DNA from: Candidatus Microgenomatus sp.
Lineage (GTDB): Bacteria; Patescibacteriota; Microgenomatia; UBA8517
NCBI GenBank assembly: GCA_020724555.1
Contig: DYGT01000007.1
Span: 15,258-79,257, forward strand
Length of the DNA stretch: 64,000 nt
Direction: 5' to 3'
In this document: positions 39,026-48,377 of the stretch, one piece after another
Position numbering within the stretch: position 1 is the stretch's first letter
How the letters are laid out: each line of letters starts with the position of its first letter
Made by a program: the position numbers and the translations under genes
Notes under the pieces: generated by a model
The model's database searches: none
What the model was told of the DNA's origin: nothing
What the model saw: the letters and a program-made list of their open reading frames with translations, nothing else

Positions 39026-40173
39026 ATAATTACTGGAAATTTGCAACACCGAAATATTTAACTGCAGGAATGAGCTTAGTCTCAAATCTTACTGACTATA
39101 TTAACGATTTTGGGATAAAGAAGCCCTTTATTGTTATTGATCCCAAACTAAAAAAAGAAAGCAAAGCCATAAAAGCTTTAATAAAACAACTTGAATCTCT
39201 TGATATATTTATCTTTGAAGACTTCTCAACAAACCCAACAACTGATCAGGTGAGTAAATCAGTTAGTTTTTATCTTAAATTCAAACCTGATAGTGTAATT
39301 GCTATTGGTGGCGGTAGTGCAATCGATTTAGCAAAAGCTACTACTCTGGTCGCCCTGAATGGAGGAAACATTGAGGAATATTTGGCGGGGAGAAAAGGGA
39401 ACCGCGAATTTCCGCCCTTTATAGCAATTCCCTCCACATGCGGAACCGGCTCGGAAGCCAGTCCTTACGCAGTGATACTAGATCCCAAAACGAAAAAGAA
39501 AAGAGGGATTGAAGATTCCAATTTTTTACCAAAATTGGTTGTTCTTGATCCAAGACTATTGGATTCACTAGATACCACCATTCTTGCCGCGACAGCAATT
39601 GATGCTCTTGCACATATTCTTGAATCATTCATTTCTAAAAAGGCAAATGAAATTACACGAAGTTCAGCAAGAGGATTAATGATCGGATTAAAAAAATATA
39701 TTGAAGATGCTTCTGTGAAACGTGATTTAAATGCCGGCGCAGCAATGCTAAATGCCTCTTTTTCCTCTCGCCTCCTTTACCCTCGCACGGGCTTAACTAT
39801 TGCCCACGCTCTTTCTCATCCGTTGGGAGCATACACAAATATCCATCACGGCATGGCGGTTAGTTTCTTTTTACCAGTCTCGTTTAAAGTTAACCAGGAA
39901 TACTGTAAGGATTCGCTGAAAGAGGCAGTAAATCTGTTGGGATTTACTAACTTAGAACAATTTGATCAGTGGTTCAAAGACTTTTGTGATAAGGCCGGAA
40001 TCACAAGTTATCTGTGTGACTACTTGAAAGATGAAGATCTCCCTATTGAAATCTTAGCGAAAGACGCGCTTGAAAGTAGCAATATCCCTTCTAATCCTAA
40101 ACCAGTTAACAAGGAAGACTTAATTGGTGTTATTAATGATTCGCTAGCCTATTGGAGGATATATGGGAACTAA
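39022..40173 (+). CDS. Iron-containing alcohol dehydrogenase family oxidoreductase
   Basis: GGGSAIDLAKA NAD-binding motif and His-rich metal site (HALSHPLG, HHGMA). Confidence 0.8.
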   Translation: MNNYWKFATPKYLTAGMSLVSNLTDYINDFGIKKPFIVIDPKLKKESKAIKALIKQLESLDIFIFEDFSTNPTTDQVSKSVSFYLKFKPDSVIAIGGGSAIDLAKATTLVALNGGNIEEYLAGRKGNREFPPFIAIPSTCGTGSEASPYAVILDPKTKKKRGIEDSNFLPKLVVLDPRLLDSLDTTILAATAIDALAHILESFISKKANEITRSSARGLMIGLKKYIEDASVKRDLNAGAAMLNASFSSRLLYPRTGLTIAHALSHPLGAYTNIHHGMAVSFFLPVSFKVNQEYCKDSLKEAVNLLGFTNLEQFDQWFKDFCDKAGITSYLCDYLKDEDLPIEILAKDALESSNIPSNPKPVNKEDLIGVINDSLAYWRIYGN

Positions 40174-40999
40174 AGAAACTGGAGAAACTACTCCGATTGA
40201 AGACTTAATATTGTCTAGGTTTAATGAGGTTAATGTAGAAGCTATTAATATCATTCGACAATGGAGAGCTGGACAGAAGAGAGTTTTGGATAAAGTTAAT
40301 GCAAACGGGGCACATGATGTCGTTACAGATGTAGATATAACCATCGAATCCCTTACCAGACAAACATTTGCTGATACAATTCCTGTATTCGGTGAAGAGG
40401 GCTTTAATAATGACGCTTACGTTGTTGAAAAACCGCTATATATCGTTGTCGACCCTATAGATGGGACAAAAGAATTCGCAAAAGGCAGTAATGAATGGAG
40501 TATATCCCTTTGCGCTGTCCAGAATGGGGTACCAATTGTCGCATCTATTTTTATGCCAGATAAAGGAGAATGTTTTACTGCAATTAAAAACAAAGGGGTA
40601 AGGTTAAATGGTTTACCTTTAAAATCGCAGCAAGCCAATAATGGCAAAATTGCTGTAAGCCCGCGACAAATTAAAGACCCAGTGTTTGGTGAATCTATAA
40701 GAAGGACTGGATTGGTCGCTGCCGAAGTTTCTGCCTTAACACCGAAAATATGCGCAATACTTCGTGGAGAGGTGCAATCTGCGGTCTACTTTCCTCAGGA
40801 CGGGCAATCCGCTGCTTTATGGGACTATGCCGCAGGTGTATTGCTCGTCCAGGAGTTTGGTGGAAGGATAAGCTCGCTATGTGGTGCTGATCTTCCTTTC
40901 AGGGGAGCAGATATTATTCACAAAAAAGGATGGCTAGCTACTCGAGAAATTGATCATACGCAATTGTTAGCTTGTCTTAACAGCCTAGGTGAACTATAA
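40163..40999 (+). CDS. Inositol monophosphatase / FIG-family phosphatase
   Basis: DPIDGT and WDxAAG motifs. Confidence 0.8.
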   Translation: MGTKETGETTPIEDLILSRFNEVNVEAINIIRQWRAGQKRVLDKVNANGAHDVVTDVDITIESLTRQTFADTIPVFGEEGFNNDAYVVEKPLYIVVDPIDGTKEFAKGSNEWSISLCAVQNGVPIVASIFMPDKGECFTAIKNKGVRLNGLPLKSQQANNGKIAVSPRQIKDPVFGESIRRTGLVAAEVSALTPKICAILRGEVQSAVYFPQDGQSAALWDYAAGVLLVQEFGGRISSLCGADLPFRGADIIHKKGWLATREIDHTQLLACLNSLGEL

Positions 41000-41007
41000 T
41001 AACTCAA

Positions 41008-41541
41008 ATGACAAAAGTACAAAAATGGCAAGAGCTTTCGAGAGAAATAGCCTTTCAAAAATATAGTCGCAAAATTGAAAAAGTAATGTTTAAACTTCCC
41101 GATGGAAAAGAAACTGACTTTTATATCAAAAGAGAAGGTCCAGCAGCTGGAGTTCTGGCAATAACAAAAAATAAACAAGTAATTCTTGTAAAGCAATATC
41201 GACCTGGACCGGAAGAAGTTCTCCTTGAGCTGCCCGGCGGCTATGTTGATCCCAATGAAAAACCAGAAAAGACAATGGAGCGTGAATTACTTGAAGAAAC
41301 AGGATATAAAGGCAAGGTAAAACTTGTCACCACCTGTTTTGACGATGCCTACTCTACAATGAACAGATACTGCTTTGTCGCAACTGATTGTGAGAAAGTC
41401 AGTGAACCCCAGACAGGTGAGCATGAATTTGTAGAACTTGAACTCCTAACTCTAGAAGATTTCAGAAAGCTTTTGCGTAGCGGCAAGATGACCGATGTTG
41501 AGGTGGGATACCTCGGTCTTGATTTTCTAAACCTTCTGTAA
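41008..41541 (+). CDS. Nudix hydrolase (ADP-ribose pyrophosphatase-like)
   Basis: Nudix box GGYVDPNEKPEKTMERELLEETG. Confidence 0.8.
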   Translation: MTKVQKWQELSREIAFQKYSRKIEKVMFKLPDGKETDFYIKREGPAAGVLAITKNKQVILVKQYRPGPEEVLLELPGGYVDPNEKPEKTMERELLEETGYKGKVKLVTTCFDDAYSTMNRYCFVATDCEKVSEPQTGEHEFVELELLTLEDFRKLLRSGKMTDVEVGYLGLDFLNLL

Positions 41542-41566
41542 TAACAGAATAAATCGCTCCAATAAT

Positions 41567-42127
41567 ATGAAAATATTTTTTCATTCCTCAATCTTTGCCA
41601 AAGAGCATTATGAAGAAGCCTACCTTTTAATTGTTAAAATTTGCAAAGACCATGGTCATACAGTATTTGCTGATCATATGCTCAAACGCGATTACCATGA
41701 TACGGACAAGTATACTAGAGAACAGCACCAGCAGGATTTTCAAAGATTGACGAAACAAATCAAGGAATGTGATGTTGTTATTGTTGAAGGAACTGCCCCC
41801 AGCATTGGAACTGGCCATTACATGACTATTGCATTAGGTTATCTGAAGCCAGTTTTAGTGCTTCACCAAAATGAACCGCATGGAGTGTTGGTTGGTGACC
41901 CAAACAGGCTATTGTCCTTAAGGAGGTATTCAATGAATGACAAAAAAGGGTTGGAGAAGACAATCAAAGATTTTCTGAGAAACGCCGAAAAGAAAACTTT
42001 GAAAAATAGATTCAACTTAATGCTAGACGATGAGATGATAGACTTTCTTGAAAGATACTCCAAACAAGATAAGGCCAGTAAGGCTGATGTAATCAGGCGA
42101 TTAATACTGGAGAGAATGAACAAGTAA
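41567..42127 (+). CDS. Nucleoside 2-deoxyribosyltransferase-like domain fused to a C-terminal ribbon-helix-helix (CopG/Arc-like) domain
   Basis: KIFFHSSIF...CDVVIVEGTAPSIGTGHYMTIALGYLKPVLVL resembles the NDT-like Rossmannoid fold; C-terminal RFNLMLDDEMIDFLERY...ADVIRRLILERM has the RHH beta-alpha-alpha pattern. Confidence 0.45.
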   Translation: MKIFFHSSIFAKEHYEEAYLLIVKICKDHGHTVFADHMLKRDYHDTDKYTREQHQQDFQRLTKQIKECDVVIVEGTAPSIGTGHYMTIALGYLKPVLVLHQNEPHGVLVGDPNRLLSLRRYSMNDKKGLEKTIKDFLRNAEKKTLKNRFNLMLDDEMIDFLERYSKQDKASKADVIRRLILERMNK

Positions 42128-42129
42128 AA

Positions 42130-43023
42130 TTAATCTTTCCTCCCGAATTGCCTTAGTCTTTCTGGAGTACCAAGATCTGGAGCAGGCTGACCGATATCAA
42201 ATGTCCCCACTTGGACACCTTTATCTATAAGCCAAGGGATAAACTGTCTATACATGTCAACGACTCTAAGATCGCCACTTTCTTGTAAAAATTTTTGATA
42301 TGTAAGCAAATAAAATTCCCGATTGGCGATAGCCACACCCACGCTTGTACTTGGAATTAGTCCGTCAGAAAACAAGCTGATGTCTATATTGGGATTGTTT
42401 TCAAAGGTATGAACAACATTTCGGCTAAGGGGATCAACTAATATTCTCCCAGAGTTTTGGGCATTTTCTCCAGGAGATGTTGTTACAACCCAAGTAATAG
42501 ATGTATCTTGAGCCTTGTGGTTTTCAAGTATCTGAGGTAACAAACTGAAGGGGAATAATGTATCTGCTGGTACAATCGCTACAGTTGAGTATTCGGATAG
42601 ATTAAGAGCGTTAAATACAGCTCCCGCTGTCCCTAACGGTTGCTCTTCTCTGATAAATCTGACTGTGTTTTGATGATTGGCAGTGGTATGATCTTCTATA
42701 AGTGAACCTTGGGCTTCTGGGTCAGAACTAGTTAACAAAACAACATCTTTTATTCCTGTTGCAAAAATACCATATAGAGCATTGTCCAACATCGGTAATC
42801 TGCCATCACCTGAGTCTATTGGCACTAATGGCTTGGGCAAAGTTTGCAAGTCTGGGTCGTCAGACTTTTTTAGTCTAGAGCCCTTTCCTCCTGCCAAGAT
42901 AAGCACTCCTACTCCAATCTTTTGAGCCTCTAATTCAGGCGCAATTCGTTTTTCGCCAAATTCCAGAGATAGAGGTGTCTCAATTTCTTTATTTAACATG
43001 CTGACTTTGATTCCGTTATACAA
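42130..43023 (-). CDS. Sugar-phosphate nucleotidyltransferase (GlmU/RmlA-like NTP_transferase)
   Basis: LILAGGKGSRL nucleotide-binding motif. Confidence 0.8.
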   Translation of the reverse strand: MYNGIKVSMLNKEIETPLSLEFGEKRIAPELEAQKIGVGVLILAGGKGSRLKKSDDPDLQTLPKPLVPIDSGDGRLPMLDNALYGIFATGIKDVVLLTSSDPEAQGSLIEDHTTANHQNTVRFIREEQPLGTAGAVFNALNLSEYSTVAIVPADTLFPFSLLPQILENHKAQDTSITWVVTTSPGENAQNSGRILVDPLSRNVVHTFENNPNIDISLFSDGLIPSTSVGVAIANREFYLLTYQKFLQESGDLRVVDMYRQFIPWLIDKGVQVGTFDIGQPAPDLGTPERLRQFGRKD

Positions 43024-43159
43024 CTACATAACATTCTGATATTCTATAACAACTGCTTGAATTCAGCAATATTATGTGATTTTTAAGAGGTAAACGATAA
43101 AAAAATCTCAGGTAAAACATTCAGATAATTATCCGAAGCCGAAGTGGTACAATAGCTTC

Positions 43160-43537
43160 ATGTCAGATATCAAAGAACTCACTAAGAAAATTAACCAATG
43201 GGTAGCAGAGCGTGGATGGGAGAAGGCACAAAAACCCAAAGATTTAGCAATCTCGCTATCGCTTGAGGCAGCAGAAGTGCTTGAACACTTCCAGTGGAAG
43301 AATGAAAGAAAAGTTGCTAAGCATATTAAAGAAAACAAAGAGGAACTGGCAGATGAGCTTGCGGATGTGGCAATTTATCTCTTGAAACTTGCGGACAAAA
43401 CTAAAATTGATTTGAGAACTGCAGTTGAAAACAAATTGATTAAAGCTTCAAAGAAATATCCTGTAGAAGTGGTTAAGGGAAACTCGAAAGAGTATTACAA
43501 TTTGAAGAAGCAAGCTCGGGCCCAGCGACCATTATAA
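43160..43537 (+). CDS. MazG-like nucleotide pyrophosphohydrolase (small all-alpha type)
   Basis: EExxE...ELADV acidic motifs typical of MazG/HisE. Confidence 0.65.
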   Translation: MSDIKELTKKINQWVAERGWEKAQKPKDLAISLSLEAAEVLEHFQWKNERKVAKHIKENKEELADELADVAIYLLKLADKTKIDLRTAVENKLIKASKKYPVEVVKGNSKEYYNLKKQARAQRPL

Positions 43538-43550
43538 TTTCAACTATCCC

Positions 43551-43958
43551 TTATACCAGCTCAAAGACTTTCTTTTCATCTTCATGCTTCATAATTTCTT
43601 TTACTTTTTCAAGTCTCATCCAATCGTAACCAATACTTTCTTCATTCAAAGTAATAGGCGTATCTAAATCCCTGATTTTTAATGCTACGAAATGAATCTC
43701 TGTTAGTCTATGTTTGCCTTCAAATTCAATTTTGTAATTTAGGTTTTTAGTTTCTTCTAGATATCCAATTCCAAACTCTTCTGATACTTCTCTTTTTGCT
43801 GCATCTTCTAAATTTTCATTGGGTTCAATATCTCCAAAGATAATGGTCCACTCATCCTCATATCCGTTAAAAGGCTTGTTATGCCGAAGTAAGAATCTTC
43901 TGTTCCCTTCCGTGTCAATTGTCCAAACTATAACTGCAACTTTTTGGTGTTTACTCAT
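43551..43958 (-). CDS. Nudix hydrolase
   Basis: Nudix box GDIEPNENLEDAAKREVSEEFG. Confidence 0.75.
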   Translation of the reverse strand: MSKHQKVAVIVWTIDTEGNRRFLLRHNKPFNGYEDEWTIIFGDIEPNENLEDAAKREVSEEFGIGYLEETKNLNYKIEFEGKHRLTEIHFVALKIRDLDTPITLNEESIGYDWMRLEKVKEIMKHEDEKKVFELV

Positions 43959-44452
43959 GTTTCTAGGATTTTATTGTAAAACATATATTTTGCTCTCTGG
44001 TAGTCTATAAAACTCTTGCCATTAAATTTAAGTTTTAGCTCCTCATATTCTTTTAACAACTCTTTGTTTGATTTGAGTATGTCATAGACTTTAATTTGTC
44101 TGTCTGGTGGCTCAGTCAAATAGAGTTCTACTGGATATCCTTTCTCAGTAAATGACCATTCGATAAAAGTTTCATGAATATTTTTAGGTTTGCCAAAGAG
44201 TTTTTCTAAAATCGGTAAGTGTTCACCAAATTTACTAGATTCTGATAACACATAAATATCAATATCATTTTGTCCTGCAATTCCAAGCGCTGTTGCCCCC
44301 ATAAATAACACACGAGCATCAGGCAATTTGTCTTTGATTCTTTTGACTATTAAATCTCCAGTTTCTTTTGCTCTTGGATCAAATGCCGAAATGCTGACCT
44401 TCCTTGTCGGATCAATTTTGGCTAAATAATTTTCCTCATCTTGCGTTAACAT
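43955..44452 (-). CDS. GrpB-family nucleotidyltransferase-fold protein
   Basis: MGATALGIAGQNDIDIYV motif typical of GrpB (UPF0157). Confidence 0.6.
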   Translation of the reverse strand: MLTQDEENYLAKIDPTRKVSISAFDPRAKETGDLIVKRIKDKLPDARVLFMGATALGIAGQNDIDIYVLSESSKFGEHLPILEKLFGKPKNIHETFIEWSFTEKGYPVELYLTEPPDRQIKVYDILKSNKELLKEYEELKLKFNGKSFIDYQRAKYMFYNKILET

Positions 44453-44490
44453 GTCTTGATTATAGCCTGCCTTAGGTCAATAATACAGAA

Positions 44491-45246
44491 ATGTCTAAGT
44501 CAAAACTGCGTGAACCATTTTTAAGTGCTTACAAGAAAATAGAAGAACTTCAAAAATACGATCGCTATCTTGCGGCTTATATCTTCGGTTCAGTAGTACG
44601 AGGAGAGCAAGACAAAAATAGCGATCTTGATGTTATGGTTATCGTTGATGAGGATAATAATTGTAAAGAAATCAACCACCCAATTATTAATGGAATTAAG
44701 CTTGACATTACTTTTAGATCTCTGTCTCAAATAAAAGAAATTAACGACGATGTAGTCAAAAAGGGTGAAAGACTGCCCATGCTTGCTGAATCAATTATTG
44801 TCTTTGACAAAAATGGAGAGCTTAAGAAACTAAAACAAACATATTCCAATATGCGCCCAAAGGCAACAGAGCAAGATTTTCAACAAATCCACTTTATGCT
44901 TTACCACTCTGATAACAAGGCAAAGAGAAACCTGAAAAGTGACAAAGCGACAGCACTTCTTGCTCTATCTATAAACATAAATGACATCCTCAAATATCAT
45001 TACCATATTAATGGCAAGTGGTGGCTAAGCAATAAAAGATTACTTCCGGATTTAAGGCAATGGGATCCCAAAATGGCAAGATTAGTTGAGAGATTTGTAG
45101 GGACTTCCAATGTTGAGAAGAAATATCAAATTTGGAGCAAAATTCTGGATTATGTTGCCAACCCAATTGGTGGAAGAAAAGAAATCTCAGAGATTAATTG
45201 CAATTGTAAAACCTGTAAAAAAGACCTTACTCTTCTTACTTCTTAG
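44491..45246 (+). CDS. Pol-beta-superfamily nucleotidyltransferase (kanamycin/lincosamide NTase-like)
   Basis: GSVVRGEQDKNSDLDVMV motif (G[SG]x9-13DxD). Confidence 0.7.
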   Translation: MSKSKLREPFLSAYKKIEELQKYDRYLAAYIFGSVVRGEQDKNSDLDVMVIVDEDNNCKEINHPIINGIKLDITFRSLSQIKEINDDVVKKGERLPMLAESIIVFDKNGELKKLKQTYSNMRPKATEQDFQQIHFMLYHSDNKAKRNLKSDKATALLALSININDILKYHYHINGKWWLSNKRLLPDLRQWDPKMARLVERFVGTSNVEKKYQIWSKILDYVANPIGGRKEISEINCNCKTCKKDLTLLTS

Positions 45247-45272
45247 CTATCTATGCTAAACTAGCCTCATCT

Positions 45273-45734
45273 ATGGAAAATAAAATTAAAATCAGACTCA
45301 GATTAGTAATTATTAAGGAGGATAAGCTTCTGGCTTACTATGATTCAATGGATGATTATTATTTTTATATTGGGGGCAAGCTAGAGTTTAGGGAAACTAT
45401 TGAAGATGGTTGGAAGCGGGAGATTAAGGAGGAGTTGGGCAATGATGTTGAATTTACTTTTAAGAAAATACTCTATGTCAGAGATTTTATTCTTAAAGAG
45501 AAAAATGAACACAGTCTTGAGCTATTTATCTTGGGAGATATTAATAAGTTTATGGAAATAGACGAGCGCCCTGACTCAGAGTTTGACGGCAAGAAATGGC
45601 CAAAATGGCTAGATCTAAATAATTTACCAGATAATCTTTATCCTAAACCTTTGAGTAAAAAGCTTCTTACGGATTACAAAGCAGGATTCCCAAGAGAGGG
45701 AGAATATATAGGAAGGATGGATTCAAATGACTGA
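45273..45734 (+). CDS. Nudix-like hydrolase
   Basis: Nudix box GKLEFRETIEDGWKREIKEELG fits Gx5Ex7REUxEExGU. Confidence 0.6.
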   Translation: MENKIKIRLRLVIIKEDKLLAYYDSMDDYYFYIGGKLEFRETIEDGWKREIKEELGNDVEFTFKKILYVRDFILKEKNEHSLELFILGDINKFMEIDERPDSEFDGKKWPKWLDLNNLPDNLYPKPLSKKLLTDYKAGFPREGEYIGRMDSND

Positions 45735-46317
45735 AGAGAAAGAACTACTCACAATTTTATCGAAAGTAGAGTATGAGAAGGTACTTGCTCGTCTAGTTAA
45801 AAAGTTTGGAGATCCTGAAATTGTCAAAAGGCTTTCGCTTCAATCAACAGATTACAGATGGGCGGATGTAGATACAAGAATCAGGATTACCAATGGAAAA
45901 GCTGAGATTATTCAAAAAGTTGGTGATTGGAAGAAACAAAACCGCCAGGAAATCACAATTCCTCTGCCTTCTGACCCCAAAATAATTTTTGACATGTACA
46001 AGATTTTTATGAATGCGATGCGAGATGAAAAGGTACTAACTCCAATAATGCAATACGAGAATAAGTTATTTAAAACCAAAAATTTTGAAATCAAATTAAC
46101 TTACCAGTTTGGCAAAAAAGATGCATACAATTGTGAAATTGAAGTTTTTGACCATGCCCTTGAGCCAGATGATTTGGCTAAAAAGTATAATATTCCAATT
46201 CACTTACCAGAACAAACCCAAGATTTTTGGAAAAATTGGAATGAAATTGTTAATTTATCAGCTACAGAATTATCGGATGATGAGTTGTTAAAAATAATTT
46301 CTAAATATATTAACTAA
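45727..46317 (+). CDS. Hypothetical protein (possible CYTH-like fold)
   Basis: Weak resemblance (IRITNG...EIEVF) to the triphosphate-tunnel family; low confidence. Confidence 0.25.
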   Translation: MTEEKELLTILSKVEYEKVLARLVKKFGDPEIVKRLSLQSTDYRWADVDTRIRITNGKAEIIQKVGDWKKQNRQEITIPLPSDPKIIFDMYKIFMNAMRDEKVLTPIMQYENKLFKTKNFEIKLTYQFGKKDAYNCEIEVFDHALEPDDLAKKYNIPIHLPEQTQDFWKNWNEIVNLSATELSDDELLKIISKYIN

Positions 46318-46318
46318 T

Positions 46319-46753
46319 ATGACTGAAAAACAGCACGATTTTGTTTTTGAGACTAAGTATTGGGAAGTATATCTCAACCCTGATCAGTATTACTTGGGTC
46401 GTTGTGTTGTTTTTGCAAAAAGAGATGTAGGAGCAATGAGTGAGTTAACTCGCGAAGAATGGCTTGATTTTGCAGAACTATCTCGAAAGATTGAAAAAGG
46501 GTTTAAACAAAAGTTTGGCGCAACAATGTTTAATTGGACTTGTCTTATGAATAATGCTTATCAAGAAGAAAATCCCCACCCTTGGGTGCATTGGCATATG
46601 AGACCAAGATATAAAAATCCAGTTGAATTTGCGGGCCAGAAATTTGAAGACAAAGAATTTGGGCATCATTATGCTAGGCAAACCGAACAAACAGTCTCGC
46701 CTGAAGTTTTTACTAAAATTGTTGAAGAAATAGAGAGCTTTTTAGAAAAATAA
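46319..46753 (+). CDS. HIT-like (histidine triad) nucleotide hydrolase/transferase
   Basis: His triad HPWVHWHMRP (HxHxHxx). Confidence 0.6.
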   Translation: MTEKQHDFVFETKYWEVYLNPDQYYLGRCVVFAKRDVGAMSELTREEWLDFAELSRKIEKGFKQKFGATMFNWTCLMNNAYQEENPHPWVHWHMRPRYKNPVEFAGQKFEDKEFGHHYARQTEQTVSPEVFTKIVEEIESFLEK

Positions 46754-46755
46754 CT

Positions 46756-47334
46756 ATGTACACAGAATTTGAAGCAACATTCACAGATATCAGTAAAGAT
46801 GAAGCAAGAGAAAAACTTAAAAAAGCTGGGGCAAAGTTAGTTCGTGAGGAGTATCTTCAAAAGCGTTGTGTTTTTAATCTTCCAAAAAGTCATGAAATAA
46901 AAGGAGGATGGCTAAGAGTGAGAGATGAAGGAGACAAAATCACAATGAGCCTCAAAATTGTTGATGGAGATAAAATTGAAAATCAAAAAGAAACACAACT
47001 TGTAATTGATAATTTTGAAAATGCAGTAAATCTTTTTGAAAGCATTGGATGTATCAAAAAAGCATATCAAGAAAGCAAACGAGAACTTTGGAAGTTAAAG
47101 GATGTCGAAATAACAATTGATGAATTGCCTTTCCTTGAGCCGTTTGTTGAAATTGAAGGCAAATCTGAAGAGGAAGTAAAAGAAGTAGCTCAGAAACTTG
47201 GACTTGATTATTCAAAAGCAAAATTCTGTGCTGTTGACACACTTTACTCTGAAAAATATGGCATTTCTGAAGACAGAATAAACAACCACACCCCAGAAAT
47301 ATTATTTGAATCAGAAAATCCATTTATTAAATGA
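46756..47334 (+). CDS. CYTH-domain protein (triphosphate tunnel metalloenzyme)
   Basis: N-terminal EFEATF (ExExK-like), WLRVRDEG, C-terminal ExE (FVEIEGK). Confidence 0.55.
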   Translation: MYTEFEATFTDISKDEAREKLKKAGAKLVREEYLQKRCVFNLPKSHEIKGGWLRVRDEGDKITMSLKIVDGDKIENQKETQLVIDNFENAVNLFESIGCIKKAYQESKRELWKLKDVEITIDELPFLEPFVEIEGKSEEEVKEVAQKLGLDYSKAKFCAVDTLYSEKYGISEDRINNHTPEILFESENPFIK

Positions 47335-48338
47335 AAACTCTAAAAATTGCAGTTGGAACTACATCCGAACAGAAGATTGGATATCTAAAAGAAGTTTTGG
47401 ATGAAATTGGGATAGGTGCTGAAATTGTCCCAACGGATGTCAAAAGTGGAGTTTCCGATCAGCCAATCACTGAAGAAGAAACTCAAACGGGCTCACTTAA
47501 CCGTGCTAAGGCTGCATTTGAAAGTGTTGAAGATGTCGATTTTGGGATTGGGATAGAAGTCGGATATCACAAAAATAAGAATGAGGATTTCGAGATGTTT
47601 TGCTGCACTTCAATCTTTGGCAAAGGTGAGGCTATAGCGAGTTGTTTTTCGACTAGGTTCTTGCTTCCTGATTTTCACCAACAGATATTAAAGGAAAATA
47701 AATATCTTGGAGAATATGTGCGTAAATACAAAGAAGAGGTTGACGAGCCAGTTATAAACTATACAAGAGAATTGGTCCGTGGCAGAAAACCGTTAATTGT
47801 TGAAGCAACAAGAAATGTCTTACTTCAATTTCTAGAACTACATGCAACAGTTAGCCATTTACTAAAGTCTGATAGCTTAGGTTATAGAGATAAATCACTT
47901 GGAGTAATAATAGACAAAGACAAAAATTTTCTCCTAGTCCAACTACATAGCTATGGAGAAAATGACTGGAATTTTCCTGGTGGCGGAATCGAAGACGGAG
48001 AAACTCCTGAAGAAGCCTTATTAAGAGAATTATCTGAAGAGCTTGGAAGTAAAAAATTCAAAATCCTTGCAAAAAGTGAAAAACAAATAGAGTATGATTG
48101 GCCTGATTTCATTATCGTCAAAGATATCAAAAAAAGAAACGGCAAAACTTTTAGAGGTCAAAGACAGCATATATTCTTGGTTGAATTTAGCGGAGGCAAA
48201 GATGAGATTAATCCTGACCCAGGTGAGATACGACATACTAAATGGGTGAAAAAAGATGAGTTAAAAGACCACCTCAATTTCCCCAGCCAGAAGGAAATAT
48301 TTGATGAGGTGATTAAGGAGTTGCTTACTGAATTATGA
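47331..48338 (+). CDS. Fusion protein: N-terminal YjjX/Ham1-like non-canonical NTP pyrophosphatase, C-terminal Nudix domain
   Basis: N-terminal KIAVGTTSEQKIGYLKEV...SGVSDQP (NTPase_I-T/Maf-Ham1 type); C-terminal Nudix box PGGGIEDGETPEEALLRELSEELG. Confidence 0.6.
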   Translation: MKTLKIAVGTTSEQKIGYLKEVLDEIGIGAEIVPTDVKSGVSDQPITEEETQTGSLNRAKAAFESVEDVDFGIGIEVGYHKNKNEDFEMFCCTSIFGKGEAIASCFSTRFLLPDFHQQILKENKYLGEYVRKYKEEVDEPVINYTRELVRGRKPLIVEATRNVLLQFLELHATVSHLLKSDSLGYRDKSLGVIIDKDKNFLLVQLHSYGENDWNFPGGGIEDGETPEEALLRELSEELGSKKFKILAKSEKQIEYDWPDFIIVKDIKKRNGKTFRGQRQHIFLVEFSGGKDEINPDPGEIRHTKWVKKDELKDHLNFPSQKEIFDEVIKELLTEL

Positions 48339-48377
48339 ATATTTATTTAAAAGGCAATTATAAATCATTCATCAGAC

